7,660 bases of DNA. It comes from a virus. Taxonomy: Duplodnaviria > Heunggongvirae > Uroviricota > Caudoviricetes. Shown in pieces: positions 5,478 to 7,660 of this stretch. The notes below the pieces were generated by a model that made no database searches, had not been told where the DNA came from, and saw only the letters and a program-made list of their open reading frames with translations. A program made the position numbers and the translations under genes. The DNA lies in the IMG/VR virus record IMGVR_UViG_2579778529_000005, one strand, 5' to 3'. Position 1 is the first letter of the stretch. Each line of letters starts with the position of its first letter.

Positions 5478-5900
5478 GTGGCAAAAGTTTTTACACAAGA
5501 AGAGCGGGAAAAAATTAAATGGCAGGTGGTGGAACTCGTGCGCCAGAGCGGCCGTGAGACGTTACGGCAACTGGAAGCTAAAACAGGTGCGACTAGATAT
5601 CTGATGAGCGTTCTTGCCAGAGAGCTGGTAGCCAGTGGCGATGTATACAACTCCGGCTACGGGTTATTCCCCTCTGAACAGGCGCGTAAGGACTGGCAAA
5701 ACGCCCGCAAAAAACTCTCGAGGGCAAAGGTGAAGAAACCTGCTGTGGTTGATCCGGACCTTATCTGGTCATCACCTGACGGAGAAATACGTCGCTACGA
5801 CAGTCGCCTAAACATAATCTGTCGCGAGTGCCGGAAGAGCGAAGTTATGCAGCGCATACTGGCTTTCTATCAGGGTAATTTTCAGGACGTGGCGCAGTGA
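5478..5900 (+). CDS. Hypothetical 140-aa phage protein (GTG start), translationally coupled to the downstream methyltransferase-like ORF
   Basis: GTG at 5478 preceded by AAGGGGGA RBS at about 5-nt spacing. Basic protein with a CRECRK motif. Its stop overlaps the next start (GTGA at 5897..5900). Confidence 0.6.
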   Translation: MAKVFTQEEREKIKWQVVELVRQSGRETLRQLEAKTGATRYLMSVLARELVASGDVYNSGYGLFPSEQARKDWQNARKKLSRAKVKKPAVVDPDLIWSSPDGEIRRYDSRLNIICRECRKSEVMQRILAFYQGNFQDVAQ

Positions 5901-6253
5901 GTGCACCGGCAACCATTCTTGATATGTGCTGTGGCAGCCGCATGTTCTGGTTCGATAAGTCTGACGAACGGGCGATATTCAGCGATATCAGAAAAGAAGG
6001 ATACACATTACGCAATGGGAGACGCTTGATTATCAGCCCTGACATTATCGCAGATTTTCGTGCATTATCATTTGCAGACGCATCTTTTTCGATGGTTGTA
6101 TTAGACCCTCCGCATCTTGAGAGTGTTGGTGATAACGCCTGGATGGGAAAGAAATATGGACGGCTGAATAAAGATGCCTGGCGTGATGATTCGCGACAGA
6201 GATTTAAAGAAGCCTTTCGGGTGTTGAGGCCGCACGGCGTTCTGATTTTTTAA
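5897..6253 (+). CDS. SAM-dependent methyltransferase-like protein, 118 aa, possibly C-terminally truncated (candidate pseudogene)
   Basis: Motif I-like LDMCCGS near the N-terminus and motif IV-like VVLDPPH about 60 residues later (the D/N-PP-Y/F/H signature of amino-methyltransferases), then RVLRPHGVLIF. The frame stops at TAA 6251..6253 but stays open for about 30 more codons (WNETQIPVSQILALTDRKPVICQRTGKKR) before the next stop. IS3 is inserted about 150 bp downstream. Confidence 0.5.
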   Translation: MSAPATILDMCCGSRMFWFDKSDERAIFSDIRKEGYTLRNGRRLIISPDIIADFRALSFADASFSMVVLDPPHLESVGDNAWMGKKYGRLNKDAWRDDSRQRFKEAFRVLRPHGVLIF

Positions 6254-6402
6254 TGGAATGAAACGCAAATACCGGTAAGCCAGATTCTGGCACTGACAGA
6301 CAGAAAACCTGTTATCTGTCAACGAACAGGGAAAAAACGATAAAACCCACTGGATTATTTTTATGAAAGAGGCATCCAGTGAGTAGATTCGTAAGGCTAC
6401 AG

Positions 6403-6441
6403 TGATCCTACCCACGTAATATGGACACAGGCCTAAGCGAG
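6403..6441. repeat. IS3 terminal inverted repeat (right end, IRR)
   Basis: Imperfect inverted match to the terminal 39 bp at 7622..7660 (TGATCYTACCCA...TGGACAC...CTAAG). Confidence 0.85.
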
Positions 6442-7299
6442 GTTCTGGTTTTCAAATTGTTCCGGACTGAGGCCGCCACACCAACTGTGCCGCCGCCACC
6501 GATTGTAATCACATTCGATATAATTAAACACCGTTGCCCGCATTATTTCCCGGCTGATAAAGTGTTCTCCATGGATACATTCCACTTTCAGCGAATGAAA
6601 GAAGCTTTCCACGCAGGCATTATCGTAGCAGCAACCTTTTGCGCTCATACTTCCACGCAGATTATGCCGCTTCAGTTGCGCCTGATAATCTGCTGAACAG
6701 TACTGGCCTCCACGGTCCGTGTGAACGATAACGTTCCGGGGCCTCTTACGCCGCCACAGCGCCATCTGCAGGGCATCGCAGGCCAGTTGCGCCGTCATGC
6801 GTGGCGACATTGACCAGCCAATAACGGCACGTGACCACAGGTCAATGACCACTGCCAGATACAGCCAGCCTTCATCTGTACGTAAGTACGTGATGTCTCC
6901 TGCCCACTTCTGGTTCGGGCCACTGGCGTAAAAATCCTGCTCCAACAGATTTTCTGACACAGGCAGGCCGTGTGCGCGGTAGCTGACCGGGCTGAACTTC
7001 CGGGAGGCCTTTGCCCTCAGTCCCTGACGGCGCAGGCTTGCCGCCACGGTTTTTACGTTAAAGGGGTAACCCTGAGCACGCAGTTCATCCGTCAGGCGTG
7101 GGGCACCGTAACGCTGTTTTGACCGGGTAAAAGCCGCGAGGACAACGCTGTCGCAGTGTTGGCGGAACTGCTGACGCGTGCTTATCCTTGTCCGCCGCTG
7201 ACACCACGTATACCAGCCGCTGCGGGCCACCCGGAGCACGCGGCACATTGCTTTGATGCTGAACTCAGCCTGATGTTTTTCAATAAAGACATACTTCAT
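6433..7299 (-). CDS. insF: IS3 transposase OrfB (InsF), DDE integrase-type catalytic domain, 288 aa
   Basis: [36 protein letters not shown]... matches IS3 InsF as I recall it. Normally expressed as an OrfAB fusion by -1 frameshifting. Confidence 0.95.
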   Translation of the reverse strand: MKYVFIEKHQAEFSIKAMCRVLRVARSGWYTWCQRRTRISTRQQFRQHCDSVVLAAFTRSKQRYGAPRLTDELRAQGYPFNVKTVAASLRRQGLRAKASRKFSPVSYRAHGLPVSENLLEQDFYASGPNQKWAGDITYLRTDEGWLYLAVVIDLWSRAVIGWSMSPRMTAQLACDALQMALWRRKRPRNVIVHTDRGGQYCSADYQAQLKRHNLRGSMSAKGCCYDNACVESFFHSLKVECIHGEHFISREIMRATVFNYIECDYNRWRRHSWCGGLSPEQFENQNLA

Positions 7300-7595
7300 T
7301 TCAGGCGCTTCGCGAAGTATGTCGCGGCCTTTTGGAGGATAGCCAGCTCTTCATCCCGTTCTGCCAGCTGGCGTTTGAGACGTGCAATCTCGGTAGACAT
7401 CTCCAGTTCACGTTCAGAAGACGTCTGCTGATTTTGCTGTTTACTGCGCCAGTTGTAGAGCTGTGATTCATACAGGCTGAGTTCACGGGCTGCGGCAGTA
7501 ACACCGATGCGTTCAGCAAGCTTCAGGGCTTCACTGCGAAATTCAGGCGAATGCTGTTTACGGGGTTTTTTACTGGTTGATACTGTTTTTGTCAT
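7296..7595 (-). CDS. insE: IS3 transposase OrfA (InsE), HTH DNA-binding protein, 99 aa
   Basis: [54 protein letters not shown]... The track ORF carries a 3-codon N-terminal extension (MTHMTKTV); the 99-aa form is the known product. Confidence 0.9.
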   Translation of the reverse strand: MTKTVSTSKKPRKQHSPEFRSEALKLAERIGVTAAARELSLYESQLYNWRSKQQNQQTSSERELEMSTEIARLKRQLAERDEELAILQKAATYFAKRLK

Positions 7596-7621
7596 GTGAG
7601 TCACCTCTGACTGAGAGTTTA

Positions 7622-7660
7622 CTCACTTAGCCGCGTGTCCACTATTGCTGGGTAAGATCA
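7622..7660. repeat. IS3 terminal inverted repeat (left end, IRL)
   Basis: Reverse complement reads TGATCTTACCCAGCAATAGTGGACACGCGGCTAAGTGAG. Flanking target duplication cannot be assessed because the window ends here. Confidence 0.85.

Larger units (their letters stand above)
6403..7660 (-). mobile_element. Complete IS3 insertion sequence (1258 bp), inverted relative to the window, ending exactly at the window edge
   Basis: Reverse complement of the window end is TGATCTTACCCAGCAATAGTGGACACGCGGCTAAGTGAG (IS3 left inverted repeat). Plus strand from 6403 is TGATCCTACCCACGTAATATGGACACAGGCCTAAGCGAGG (right inverted repeat). Contains insE and insF with the characteristic ATGA overlap. Confidence 0.95.

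Noticed and set aside
3882-5650. Minus-strand and alternative-frame ORFs (3882..4097, 4137..4427, 4321..4548, 4503..4694, 5030..5254, 5052..5300, 5465..5650)
   Set aside because: All are embedded antisense or out of frame within the rightward early genes, with no independent support.
5845-6415. Minus-strand ORFs 5845..6045 and 6101..6415
   Set aside because: Antisense to the methyltransferase-like gene. The second one starts inside the IS3 terminal repeat, which makes it a junction artefact.
6421-7519. ORFs 6421..6696 (+), 7156..7431 (+), 7301..7519 (-) and the 102-aa InsE form
   Set aside because: All are inside IS3 and antisense or out of frame relative to insE/insF. The 99-aa InsE start is the documented one.

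Overview
This window reads as the early/immunity region of a Qin-like (dicB-type) lambdoid cryptic prophage from Escherichia/Shigella, ending in a complete inverted IS3 at the right edge. All identifications are from reading the sequence and recalling protein families; no database search was run. On the minus strand the leftward operon runs dicA, PdicB/operator, ydfA, ydfB, ydfC, an unrecognised 135-aa gene, about 540 bp with no operon-strand ORF, the DicF sRNA with its terminator, dicB, ydfD, and a long gene that runs off the left edge. On the plus strand the order is dicC (cro-like), a 173-aa protein, an O-like replication initiator with an internal iteron/AT-rich origin, a 140-aa protein, a methyltransferase-like ORF, and then IS3 (insE/insF) at 6403..7660. 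The best candidate for something undescribed is the cassette at 1591..2542: a convergent, 3'-overlapping pair of unrecognised genes (77 aa on plus, 135 aa on minus) next to a GC-rich hairpin-dense region, all embedded in the dicB operon between ydfC and dicF. Secondary points are a shared 16-bp operator motif in both regulatory regions, the origin inside the O-like gene, and a translationally coupled 140-aa/methyltransferase-like pair just upstream of the IS3 insertion.
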